A stretch of DNA of 64,000 nucleotides from IMG/VR virus record IMGVR_UViG_3300044667_000075, positions 1-64,000 of that record; one strand, given 5' to 3'. Shown here one piece after another: positions 17,652 through 26,937 of the stretch (position 1 is its first letter; each line of letters starts with the position of its first letter). A program made the translations under genes and the position numbers. Source of the DNA: a virus. Taxonomy: Duplodnaviria; Caudoviricetes. The notes below the pieces were generated by a model. The model made no database searches. It was not told where the DNA came from and saw nothing but the letters and a program-made list of their open reading frames with translations.

Positions 17652-20600
17652 AGTTTGGCTGCCTGCGCGGACAGTTGCGCCGCCTGCGCGAGTAGTTGGT
17701 GGATCTGAGCTCGGAGCGCCCCGACCTGAGCCTTCATCTGGCTCACCGTCATGTGCTTCTTGGCTGTGGCCTTGGCGGTCTTGGATGCCGTGACCTTAGC
17801 CTTCGCCGCAGCCGACGCAGCCGGGGTGCCAGGCTTAGCCGCAGGAGCGCCCTTCTTCGCCGGGGCGTTCCCGTGGACGACGTTCGCGGACGCTTTCTTG
17901 ACCTTCCCCGTGCCTTTCTGCGCGGCCCGGATCTGCGCATTCAACGCCGCCATCTGCTTGATGAGCGCCGCTGCCCGCACCCGGTCAGCCCTCGCCTGCT
18001 TCAGCATGGCCGCCTTCTTCGCGGCCTTCTGCTGCTGCGGGGTGAGCGGCTTCCTGGCGGGGGCCTTCTTCTTGGCCGGGGGCTTCTTGCCCTTCTGGTT
18101 CTGCTGGGACTGCTGCCCGCTGCTGCCCGCAGTGAACTGGCCGCCGCCGACCTGGCCAGCCGGGACACGAGGCTGAGCCGGGTTACCCGCCGGGTTGAAC
18201 AGCTCGATGACCTTGCTAGGCGAGTTGGCCCATTCCTGCGGGATCAGGTCCGGGAAACCGGACTTCTCCGCGATCTCACGGGCCCGCGCGTAGTACTCCG
18301 GCTTCTGGAGCGCCTTGGTCTTCTGGATGTCCTTCACCAGCCGGGCGACCGCGGATCGCGGCTGGACGTCCGGGTCCTTCTTGGCCGCCTTCGGAGCCGG
18401 GGCAGGCGGCGTGTACTTCTGGGTTTTGGACAGGTGCGCGTCGAGGATGGCCCGCACCGCATGGTCGGACAAGGTGGCGACCTGCCGGGGCTGGTCCCTG
18501 AAGCTCTCCCGGCGCCAGTCGGACACCTCGCCCTGTGGTGATACCCGGATGTGGCCCAGGCTGGTGCTCACGTTCGTATCGCTGGCCTGCATCCCGACCG
18601 CTGTCGGGATGACGTAGTGCGTCTTGCCGGTACGGACGGCCCGGGTGAGCGCGTCCGCGATCGGCCGTTCGATGTCGCTGCTGCCGCCGGCGACGGCAAA
18701 CCCGCCGCCGATATCCATACGCTGCCGCTGGCCGCGCTTCAGCACGCCGGTCTTAGCGCGTTCCACGTTGGCCTGCCGGATGGCGGGGTCACCTCCGCCA
18801 GCGCCGACCTTGATCCACCCGTGCACATAACCCTTGGGGCCGACCAGCTCGACCACGGTGGCGAGTTCGACGACCGTGGCGAGCTCGATCTCAGCGCCGA
18901 TGTCATCCCATGACGTGGCGAACTGCGAGACGTCGACACCAAGCGCCTTGAGATGCTTGCCGATGACGGACTGCGCGCTCCCGAGTCCGCGGGCGATCAC
19001 GTCGCCGCTGGTCATGCTTAGCATGCTTGCCCTACGCAGGTTGCCGATGGCGCCCTGCTTATCGCCGCCTCGCAGCGCTTCCGCCGCCTGGCCCATCAGG
19101 TAGCTGACCTTCTGCGCGTTCACGCCTGAGCCTCGGGCGCTGAACTCCGTGGCATGCTCTCCGATCTGGTGAGCGATCCGGGCATGCTTGCCCGCGGTCG
19201 TGCCTAGCGCCTGAAGTCCTTCCTTCGTGACGGGGTTACCGCGGACCTTCGCCAGGGACACCTGCAACGGCTCGTCAGCGCCGTAGGTGCTGCGCTTGGT
19301 TCCCTGCCAGCTTTGGCTGACCTTCTGCCCGGTCACAGGGTTATACGCAGTCACCTGATAAATCTTGGTGGCACTGCCTGGGATCGGGCGGCCGGCTTCG
19401 TCGTGCTTCTCGTCGGCCATCTCGCCGGGATAGTACGAGACATTCCACCCGGCTTCGCTGGCCGCTGCGTGCAGGTCCCGGGCACCTTTCGGCGCCTTGG
19501 ACAGGTCAGGCTGCTCTCCCTCGGTCACGGTCATGTGCCGTTCGGTGGCTTGCTTTCGGAATGACTTCTCGGTCTCGGCGTCGTGGATCGTGTGATGCGA
19601 GACGCGTCCCGCGCTGTCGGTGAATTTCAGGTGCGCGGGACCTGTCCTCGGCTTCGCCGCCCGGTCGCCGCTCCCTCCTGACGGGTGCCACGATGACGGG
19701 ACTTTCCCCCGGAAATGAGACTGCGCCGCCGCATGGGTGAGCGGGACGTAATTGTGGCGCCAGTCGTACTCGGTTCCCGGCACATGATGGCCGTCCCGTG
19801 ACGCCAGTTCGACCACCGCCGCCACGTCCTCCCACGTAGCCGCATGCCCGTGCGCGCGTGCTCCTGCTGCCGCTTCCTCCCCCAGAGCCTTCCCCGCTGC
19901 CGCCCGGACCTCTGGGTGAACATGACCACCGCCACGCCGCCACTTCCGCAGCGCACCCCACGCAATCGCGTACGCCTTCGCGGGAGGCATCCCCCGCTTC
20001 TCGATCAAAGCCTTAACGACCTGCTCGAGGTAGTCGCTGTGCTTGTTCCCCGGAACCCGGTAGAGTCCCGGCCCGCCCGGCTTCCCCCTCGGCGCCGGAG
20101 TGCGCTCCAGCATCGCGGTGCGGGCCGACAGTTCAACGACGGCGGCCACGTCATCCCAGGAGACTGAGTGTTGCGAACCCCCCGCCGCCAGTTGTGCGGC
20201 AAGCCTACGCACCGTACGCGGCAGATCCTCGCCGGCAGGCGCAACAACCCTCGGATGCCGACCAAAGCCAGACCAGCCCTGACCGGGGTACGCCTCGCGC
20301 TCCACCGTGACCGTGGCCTTGCCGCCGGGACCGGCCTGCGGTATGAACCTGCCGCGCTGGTCGTAGAACCCGTTGCTGTCCTCCCGCAGGCTGATGCGGT
20401 GTTCGATACCCTGGTCGTCTACGGCGGTGATCGCGCCGCCGTAGCGGCCGGTTCGGACGAGGCCGGGCAGCCCCTCCGGGTCGGCCTTCCTCATTGCCTT
20501 CGCCTGCCTGACCGCCATCTCCCGGTTGATCCCGGCTGCTGCGGACGGCGCTGCGGCCAGTTCGTCATCCCGCTCCCTGGCAGGCGGCGGCCACGGCGTC

Positions 20601-22204
20601 AGGATCCGCTTGTCCTGGGCCGGGACATGGGTCGTGGTGACCTTGCCGTCCTTGTAGTCGTAGGAGTCCTGAGCCTTGGACCTCCACCGCCGCGAGATCG
20701 CGAACCCTCCGCCGGGCTTGGCCATCCACCACGGGTCCGAGAACGAGCCCCTGACGCTGTGCCCGTCGATTTCCTGGTGCGTCTCGTTCGGCAGGATGCC
20801 GGACGGTGCTTGGCCGATCGCCTGGTGGCCTTCCTGCATGTCTCCGGCCTTCATCTCGCCGGAGGTCCTGTCCTCGCCGCCCATGCGCTCGCTGAGCAAC
20901 TCCAGTTGCTTCTCGCTGCCAGCACGCTTGCCATTCTTCGGGGCGGGAGCCGCGCCCATGTCGCTGCGGCCGGTGTCCTTGAGATCCCCGGCTGGCATCA
21001 TGCCGTGCTGCCGGATACGGGCCTCCGCCGCGTCGCGGTGCGCGTCGAAACTGCGCACGTCCCCGGCGTTCAGGGAAGCGCGCATGCCCGCGACATGCTC
21101 GCCGAGCACCTCATCGCCGGCCATCTGCGGATGCTGGCCGACAGCACGGGCGAGCAGTTCCGTCTGGGTGCGCTTACCCTCCACGGAACTCGCCTTGCCG
21201 GGCGTGGCACCGCGTGCCGCCACCAGTGCTTTGTTCACCTGGTCGCGTTGCGCGCGGGTAGACGTGTACTGCGGCACCGCCGAGGGGACCCGCGCGAGCT
21301 GACCCGGCCCTGACCCGTGATGCTCGACGTGCTGGACGCTGCCGTCTGCCATGCGGACATGCACGTGAGTCTTGTCCGCGCCCTCAACTGTGCCCGTGGC
21401 GTGCCGACCCGACGCGAACGTGACCTTCTGGCCCGCGCCGGGGATGCCCACGAAGATCCATCCATGGATGTAGCCGTGCGGGCCTACAAGGTCGATGACC
21501 GTGGCCAGCTCGACCACGCGGGCCACCTCATCCCATGACCGGGCCGCCGCGATCTGCTTGGCTCCCGTGGTGACCTGCTGGGGCTTGGCTGCGGCCACGT
21601 CCGGACCTCCTGAGTTCGTGCGCGGGGGCGCGTTCAGCGCCCTGTTCCCGCCCGGCTGCCGTGCCACCGGCCTCTGCGCGAGCGCACCCGGCCCGTACCC
21701 CGCGTTCGGGTCCGCCTTCACTGGCTGCACGGGAACCTCCGGACTCTGCGTCGCATCCTCGCCCGCGAACCGGGCCAGCCGGGCCTGATTCCTCGCCTGC
21801 GCGTCCTGGACGTCCTTGACCAGGTTGTAATGCCGGAGGATCCCCTGAGACGCCTGGCGGGCCGCGATGTGCCCGGCGTCGTCGTGGATGCCGTGGCGGT
21901 GGAGCGCCTGCGGGGTGAGCGCATGCCACCCAGCCCGCAGATGCCGGAGGGCCCCCTCCTCGTTCCCGGCCTGGAGCTGGTTGGCGGCGTCCCGCAGGTG
22001 CAGGTGAGCCGCTGACTCGGGGTGCGCCGCGGCCATGTCGTCGGCGAGTCTCCGCATGGACTTGGCCGTGGCCACGCGCATGGGGGTCAGCGCGACCTGG
22101 CGGCGGCGAGGAGCAGGCGCGGCCGGAGGTGGCGTGGCGACCTTGAGCGCGCGAGGAGACGGCTGCGCCGCGCGCTGCTGATGGCGGGACGTAGTGGCGG
22201 TCAT
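17648..22204 (-). CDS. Large (1518 aa) modular head-associated / ejection-type protein
   Basis: Long ORF in head operon with repeated (S/T)W(D/E)(D/E)V...VELA linkers, two VGP.GY.HGWI motifs and a Lys/Ala-rich tail. Confidence 0.8.
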   Translation of the reverse strand: MTATTSRHQQRAAQPSPRALKVATPPPAAPAPRRRQVALTPMRVATAKSMRRLADDMAAAHPESAAHLHLRDAANQLQAGNEEGALRHLRAGWHALTPQALHRHGIHDDAGHIAARQASQGILRHYNLVKDVQDAQARNQARLARFAGEDATQSPEVPVQPVKADPNAGYGPGALAQRPVARQPGGNRALNAPPRTNSGGPDVAAAKPQQVTTGAKQIAAARSWDEVARVVELATVIDLVGPHGYIHGWIFVGIPGAGQKVTFASGRHATGTVEGADKTHVHVRMADGSVQHVEHHGSGPGQLARVPSAVPQYTSTRAQRDQVNKALVAARGATPGKASSVEGKRTQTELLARAVGQHPQMAGDEVLGEHVAGMRASLNAGDVRSFDAHRDAAEARIRQHGMMPAGDLKDTGRSDMGAAPAPKNGKRAGSEKQLELLSERMGGEDRTSGEMKAGDMQEGHQAIGQAPSGILPNETHQEIDGHSVRGSFSDPWWMAKPGGGFAISRRWRSKAQDSYDYKDGKVTTTHVPAQDKRILTPWPPPARERDDELAAAPSAAAGINREMAVRQAKAMRKADPEGLPGLVRTGRYGGAITAVDDQGIEHRISLREDSNGFYDQRGRFIPQAGPGGKATVTVEREAYPGQGWSGFGRHPRVVAPAGEDLPRTVRRLAAQLAAGGSQHSVSWDDVAAVVELSARTAMLERTPAPRGKPGGPGLYRVPGNKHSDYLEQVVKALIEKRGMPPAKAYAIAWGALRKWRRGGGHVHPEVRAAAGKALGEEAAAGARAHGHAATWEDVAAVVELASRDGHHVPGTEYDWRHNYVPLTHAAAQSHFRGKVPSSWHPSGGSGDRAAKPRTGPAHLKFTDSAGRVSHHTIHDAETEKSFRKQATERHMTVTEGEQPDLSKAPKGARDLHAAASEAGWNVSYYPGEMADEKHDEAGRPIPGSATKIYQVTAYNPVTGQKVSQSWQGTKRSTYGADEPLQVSLAKVRGNPVTKEGLQALGTTAGKHARIAHQIGEHATEFSARGSGVNAQKVSYLMGQAAEALRGGDKQGAIGNLRRASMLSMTSGDVIARGLGSAQSVIGKHLKALGVDVSQFATSWDDIGAEIELATVVELATVVELVGPKGYVHGWIKVGAGGGDPAIRQANVERAKTGVLKRGQRQRMDIGGGFAVAGGSSDIERPIADALTRAVRTGKTHYVIPTAVGMQASDTNVSTSLGHIRVSPQGEVSDWRRESFRDQPRQVATLSDHAVRAILDAHLSKTQKYTPPAPAPKAAKKDPDVQPRSAVARLVKDIQKTKALQKPEYYARAREIAEKSGFPDLIPQEWANSPSKVIELFNPAGNPAQPRVPAGQVGGGQFTAGSSGQQSQQNQKGKKPPAKKKAPARKPLTPQQQKAAKKAAMLKQARADRVRAAALIKQMAALNAQIRAAQKGTGKVKKASANVVHGNAPAKKGAPAAKPGTPAASAAAKAKVTASKTAKATAKKHMTVSQMKAQVGALRAQIHQLLAQAAQLSAQAAKL

Positions 22205-22509
22205 GCTGCCTCCTGATGGCCGCGCTCATGAAATCGCGTGAAGTAGTCCAAGAGCATCGCCCCCGTGCTCTTGCCATATTCGATGCCGACCGATGCACAC
22301 GCCTCCACCAAGAACGGCTGCCGGGCCAAATGCTCTAGGCAGCCGCCGCACTCGTTCGGGTCGAACTGCCTAGGCGGCTTACCTGACCCTGCGCACGGCT
22401 TCTCCGCACGATCGTTCCCGCTGTAGAGATAGTGCTCCTGAAGGGAACCATCCTTGCGGAGCCGCCAGCGGTAACGGCAGACAGAGCATTGGCCGCGCTT
22501 AACCGCCAT
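22201..22509 (-). CDS. Zn-finger hypothetical protein
   Basis: CSVC...H...CAGSG; CGGC. Confidence 0.6.
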   Translation of the reverse strand: MAVKRGQCSVCRYRWRLRKDGSLQEHYLYSGNDRAEKPCAGSGKPPRQFDPNECGGCLEHLARQPFLVEACASVGIEYGKSTGAMLLDYFTRFHERGHQEAA

Positions 22510-22828
22510 ATGCTTCCCCCTCGGCGCGTTCCAGCGCCGGGCGCAGGTCAAGGATGCCGACCACCCGCCCATCCGGCAGCGGTACTTTCGCGAGCGCCGG
22601 ATGCCCGTGATAAGTCAGGTTCGCCTGCAGCCACGCGTCGGCCGCCGCGGCGTCCCGGTAGATGCTCGCGTACACGTCGTCAGCGGTCGCCGCCGGGTCG
22701 ACGTGGACCTGCGCGGTCCTGGCCAGCGCCAGCGCGTCAGAGCCGCTGATGTGCACGGGCATGCCATGCTGCTCGATCAGCGCGGCCTGGCGGGCCTTGC
22801 GTTCGGCGGTGGCCTCCTCATCGGCCAT
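22499..22828 (-). CDS. Hypothetical protein
   Basis: MADEEATAER, overlapping neighbours. Confidence 0.6.
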   Translation of the reverse strand: MADEEATAERKARQAALIEQHGMPVHISGSDALALARTAQVHVDPAATADDVYASIYRDAAAADAWLQANLTYHGHPALAKVPLPDGRVVGILDLRPALERAEGEAYGG

Positions 22829-23535
22829 CAGGCGGCCCTCCTGCCTCTCGTGCCACTTCCTGCGAGTATTCTCCCACCAGGCCACGGGGCCCCGGCAGTA
22901 CAGCGGCACCCCACGTGAACGACACCTGGAAGGCCGATGGCCGGCGGGTCATTCACGTAGAAGTTGCAGCCATCGGCGGCGCGGCACTCGGGCGTTGTGC
23001 GGTTGTCGTTCCGCCTGGCATACCAGCCCAAAATGGGCCCGTGGACCGCAGCCTCCATGTCGATCCGGCCGGCCGCTGCTGCCCGGTCCCACATCGCCTG
23101 GAGATGCTGCTGGTAGTAGCGCCGTTCCGTGGCCAGCGCCGCATCCCGCGCCGCACTCACGCTCTCGCCGTGCGCGCGGGCTTCCTCCTCCGCCGCCTGG
23201 ACCCGACGCGCCGCCGCCGCCACGTACTGGGCCCGCCGCGCCGCGTTCATGCTCGCCACCTGACGGGACGTGTCCCCGATGACGCCCGTCACCGGGGGTG
23301 GCTGCTGCAGTACGTCCCCGAGGACGCCGCCCAGCGCCGACCACGCCGCGGCCGACAGGGCGAACCGGGCCTTCAGCGCGGCGATGACCGCGGCGGCCGT
23401 CACGGCGGTCAGGAGCAGCAGCGACAAGGCGAGGATCAGCGCCGGGTCGTCCAGGTCCGACGGCTGCGACTGCTGCGGAGGCGGGGGCTGGCCGGGAGGA
23501 ACCTGCTGCTGAGGCGGGGCCTGCGGAGTGGTCAC
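22828..23535 (-). CDS. MuF-like minor head protein
   Basis: GWYARRNDNRTTPECRAADG...PGVVHVGCRC, near portal. Confidence 0.8.
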   Translation of the reverse strand: MTTPQAPPQQQVPPGQPPPPQQSQPSDLDDPALILALSLLLLTAVTAAAVIAALKARFALSAAAWSALGGVLGDVLQQPPPVTGVIGDTSRQVASMNAARRAQYVAAAARRVQAAEEEARAHGESVSAARDAALATERRYYQQHLQAMWDRAAAAGRIDMEAAVHGPILGWYARRNDNRTTPECRAADGCNFYVNDPPAIGLPGVVHVGCRCTAGAPWPGGRILAGSGTRGRRAA

Positions 23536-23930
23536 TCCGCCCCCCAGTCAGGTGTCGCGTCGCCGCCCCCGGCGAAGGTCCGGCCCATGCCGAGCGGGTT
23601 GCGGACCTTCCCGCTGAACCGCTCGTTCGCCTCACAGGCCCGCTGGATCTGGAAATCGACCGGCAGGCCTGTCCGCTCACGGAGGTAAGAGCCGATCGCC
23701 AGGCACAGCAGCTCCCACCGCGCCCGTGTCGGGCAGACGGCGGCGAACTCCTCGTCGTCGAGCATGAGGCGCACGTCAACGTCGCGGTACCGCTCCGCGG
23801 CCCCGTCCGCCGCAGTTCCTACAAGGTACGGGGGGCCGCCGTCGAACGCCCGGCTGATGAGGCGGCATGCCACGTCAAGGTTGTACAGCTCAACCGTGGT
23901 CAGCAGGTCAGTGCGCGGCTTTGTTGTCAA
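23532..23930 (-). CDS. Minimal nucleotidyltransferase-like protein
   Basis: YLVGT...YRDVDVRLML...VDFQIQ (pol-beta G[ST]..DxD..D pattern). Confidence 0.65.
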   Translation of the reverse strand: MTTKPRTDLLTTVELYNLDVACRLISRAFDGGPPYLVGTAADGAAERYRDVDVRLMLDDEEFAAVCPTRARWELLCLAIGSYLRERTGLPVDFQIQRACEANERFSGKVRNPLGMGRTFAGGGDATPDWGAE

Positions 23931-24040
23931 GACGGCCAGTCCTTACGGCCCTTCACCCAGCCGAGTGCCGCGAACACGCCGACGGCGGCACCGGCCAGGA
24001 ATGAACCCCAGTGGGTGAGGTGCACGAGGTACGTGATCAT
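23927..24040 (-). CDS. 37-aa membrane peptide
   Basis: MITYLVHLTHWGSFLAGAAVGVFAALGWVKGRKDWPS; overlaps both neighbours by 4 nt. Confidence 0.5.
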   Translation of the reverse strand: MITYLVHLTHWGSFLAGAAVGVFAALGWVKGRKDWPS

Positions 24041-24219
24041 GCCGCCGCCGCTTTCAGCCCGAGGCCCCGTGCCACCTGCATCCACGCCGCAATGACGTAC
24101 CGCAGGTCCTCGACCGCCTCCTCCTTCGTGGCGCCCTCACCCCACGCGCCGCCGCACTCCGGCGCGGACGCATGCCAGCAGCCCGGCTCGACCTCGCACA
24201 GGGCGACGGTGATCCTCAC
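24037..24219 (-). CDS. HicB-like antitoxin domain
   Basis: WHASAPECGGAWGEGATKEEAVEDLRYVIAAW. Confidence 0.75.
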   Translation of the reverse strand: MRITVALCEVEPGCWHASAPECGGAWGEGATKEEAVEDLRYVIAAWMQVARGLGLKAAAA

Positions 24220-24391
24220 GGCCTAGCGACCTCCGAGCCTGCTGGGCCGCCGCATGCGGAAATGCCACGGGCACGCCCGCAGCAGCAATCCATGCACGCA
24301 CACCACATCCACCGCGCGGCACACCTCCACAAGGGCGCATGCCGGGCAGGGCCACCGCCGATCCTGCCCGGCCGGAACGGAGAAACCGGCC

Positions 24392-24925
24392 CTACTGAGC
24401 CGGCGGCTGGTCCTCCGGGGCACCCTCGGACACCACCAGGCTGGTCGCCGCGGACGACACCACGGTCACCGAACCGGAACCGGTCAGCGGCGGGTCCACC
24501 GTGCTGTCGCTGACGGTGTAGTTCGCGGTACCGTCCGACTGGCCGGCGATCACAGCCGAGTAGCCGTCCGCCGACGGGGTGATCGTCGCCACCGCCGGGT
24601 TGTCGATCGTCCACGACAGGTTGTCGCCAGTCACCGGCTGACCCTTTGTGTCCTGCTCCGCGACGGACACCGTGTACTGCTGCGTGTCGGTAATCTGCGC
24701 CATGCTGTTTCCTCTCATCACTGTCGGCACGCCCGGGCCTTCCGGGTCGGCCTGGTCGAAAGTCTCCGAGACGGACAGGAGCAGCGCGACCGGCCCCTCG
24801 ATCAGCTGGTAGAACTTCCTGGCCGCCAAGATCAGGTTGTCGGTGTCCTCGAACGACAGGCCGCCGTGAGGCGCGAACGCCTCAATGGCGTACTGCAGCG
24901 CGAGAGACGCGTTCTCAGTGCTCAA
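24392..24925 (-). CDS. Ig-like (Big_2-type) domain protein
   Basis: LSWTIDNPAVATIT...GTANYTVS. Confidence 0.65.
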   Translation of the reverse strand: MSTENASLALQYAIEAFAPHGGLSFEDTDNLILAARKFYQLIEGPVALLLSVSETFDQADPEGPGVPTVMRGNSMAQITDTQQYTVSVAEQDTKGQPVTGDNLSWTIDNPAVATITPSADGYSAVIAGQSDGTANYTVSDSTVDPPLTGSGSVTVVSSAATSLVVSEGAPEDQPPAQ

Positions 24926-25143
24926 CCTGACCCCTCCGCTCGTTTCGCAGCCTGCGGCTTGCCGCGCCGGTCCAGCAGCACGAGTTCCCCTTCCGGCTGC
25001 CATGGCGGCCCGTACGACCCGACCGGGACGATGGCCCCCCACACCCTGTCGCCGAGGTACTGGTAGACGTTGCCGTCCGGGGCCCGGACGACATCACCGT
25101 CCTCAGCGTCGGCCGCGGTGATCGTGACCGCCTTCTTGCTCAT
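24922..25143 (-). CDS. Hypothetical protein
   Basis: ATG with GGGAGGAG RBS after portal stop. Confidence 0.65.
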   Translation of the reverse strand: MSKKAVTITAADAEDGDVVRAPDGNVYQYLGDRVWGAIVPVGSYGPPWQPEGELVLLDRRGKPQAAKRAEGSG

Positions 25144-25159
25144 GTCCGGCTCCTCCCGC

Positions 25160-26765
25160 TCACTGCTGTCCCAGCCGCCCGTTGGCGCCGTGCGAGGACG
25201 GCACCGGAGGCGGCGACGGAGGTCCCGCGGGTGCCTGGCCCAGCTTCGGCGGGGGAGGCGGGCGCAACCCCTGGCCGCCGTTCTTCGCCGCGGCCTGCTG
25301 CGCGATGCTCATGCCCGCATGCGCCAGGCCCTGCAACTGCCCCAGGCCAGCCGCGGCCTCCGGGGGCATGCCCGGCGGAGGATTCGCCGCCAGCTGCTCC
25401 GCGCGCTGACTCGCCGTGGAGACGAGCGCGTCGTGAACCTTGTCCACGTCCAGCTGGAGGATCGACGCCATCCGCTCACAGATCAGGTCAAAGACGGCCA
25501 ATGGCACGTGAAGCACGGGGGCCGCGCTCATCTGTCCGAACAAGGTCAGCAACGCCTGCGCCTGCTCGTCCTGCAACGGGCCGAACTTGCACTGCGGGAA
25601 CGCCGCGTCAGCGCCGAAATTCAGCATCACCAGCGGGCGAACCACGTCGTAGCTCAGCGACTCGGCGATCTCCTTCGCCACCGCCTGACGGGACTTCAAG
25701 TAAAAGTCGCTCTGATCCTGCGACAGCGCGTAACTGCCCCGGCCGCCAGTCGCCGAGCCGGCGAGGCCGAGGAACCCCGCGAGGACGCTGTGGATCTGCC
25801 ACTGCTCCAGGAAACCCATGGCGTCGCGGAAGAACTGGCCGGCGTCCGCAGGCTGCGGGATGACCTCAAAAGCTTTCTGCCCGTCAAGCGGATGCACCAG
25901 GCCGACCACGCCCGAGCCCTTGAGCTGGGCGATGTCATCGGCCCTCGCTGTCGCCTCCGGCTGGTCGTTCCCGTAGGCGACAACCCGCTGCAACGCCAGG
26001 TTCTCGAGGAAGTGCCACCACAGGAACATGAGCTTGAGCTTCGTCGAGTAGCACCACCAGGAAATCTCCATCTCGCTGACGCCCGTCAGCGGCTCCCGGT
26101 GCTTCCCGTGCGTGTAGATGTAGCTGCGGACCTTCGGGATGTCGACGTAGCCGGGAACCTTCTGATGCTTCGTCAGCTGCAGGTTCCCGCCGAACAGCCA
26201 CACCTGCTGACGGAACCCGTTCGGCTCCCCCGACCGGTCGTTGTACCGGGCCTGGCACGTCGCAGGAGGACGGTAGGCGACTTTATCGTAGATAATCTTC
26301 CCGTCATCACGGACTTTGAACGTCTTCTCGACCAGGTAAGAAGAAGGCCCTCCGGAATATTTGCGCACTTGTCACTTGGCCGACCAACTCAGTCATGGGT
26401 GTTTTCATGCCGCCCGCCACGTCGGGGGTCAGCAGAACCGACCGCGCGAAGTCCGCCTCGCCCTTGTCGCCCTTGCCTGGCTCGATCGAGAAATCAGCCT
26501 CGCGGATCGGCAGGGTAAGTACCATCTCCAGCGCGCTGGCCATGCCGTCGCGACCGAACATCGTCTTCATGTCACGAGCCGACCACTCTCCGTAATCAAA
26601 GACATCGCCTTCGCCCTAAATAATAGGCAAACAAACGCTGACCCCAATCAAATTGGGTAAAGTGCCGATCTCTGGGCCCATGAGGGCGCGTTTCCCGCCA
26701 TTACCGCGGGAGCCCTTCGGGGGGAGATCGGGGAAGGCAATCACGTTAGCATTTCCGGATGCCAT
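25160..26765 (-). CDS. Portal protein (Mu gp29/DUF935-like), discontinuous ORF with three TTA-initiated coding gaps
   Basis: Between TerL and MuF. ATG at 26765 with AGGAGGT RBS; RGSYALS, SLSYDVVRPLVMLNFG...FP motifs. Removing 26656-26660, 26616-26619 and 26330-26339 gives a continuous 528-aa frame. Confidence 0.85.
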
Positions 26766-26937
26766 CTTCTTGCATCACCTCCTCTCCGCTGCTCGGGGCG
26801 CTCAGGGGCGCCGGTAGACCTGGACATCAAGGCGAACGTGCATCTGCACATGCACGCACGTCTCCAGGGCCACTCTACCGGGCTGCTGACCTGCGGGGAA
26901 TCACCCGGCTTGCGACACCTCACGCGTCGCGTCCGCC

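Noticed and set aside
26330-26660. TTAC/TTAG as IS200/IS605 scars or micro-introns
   Set aside because: IS605-type excision is precise and no tnpA/tnpB is present; in-frame TTA with matched flanking codons fits recoding better
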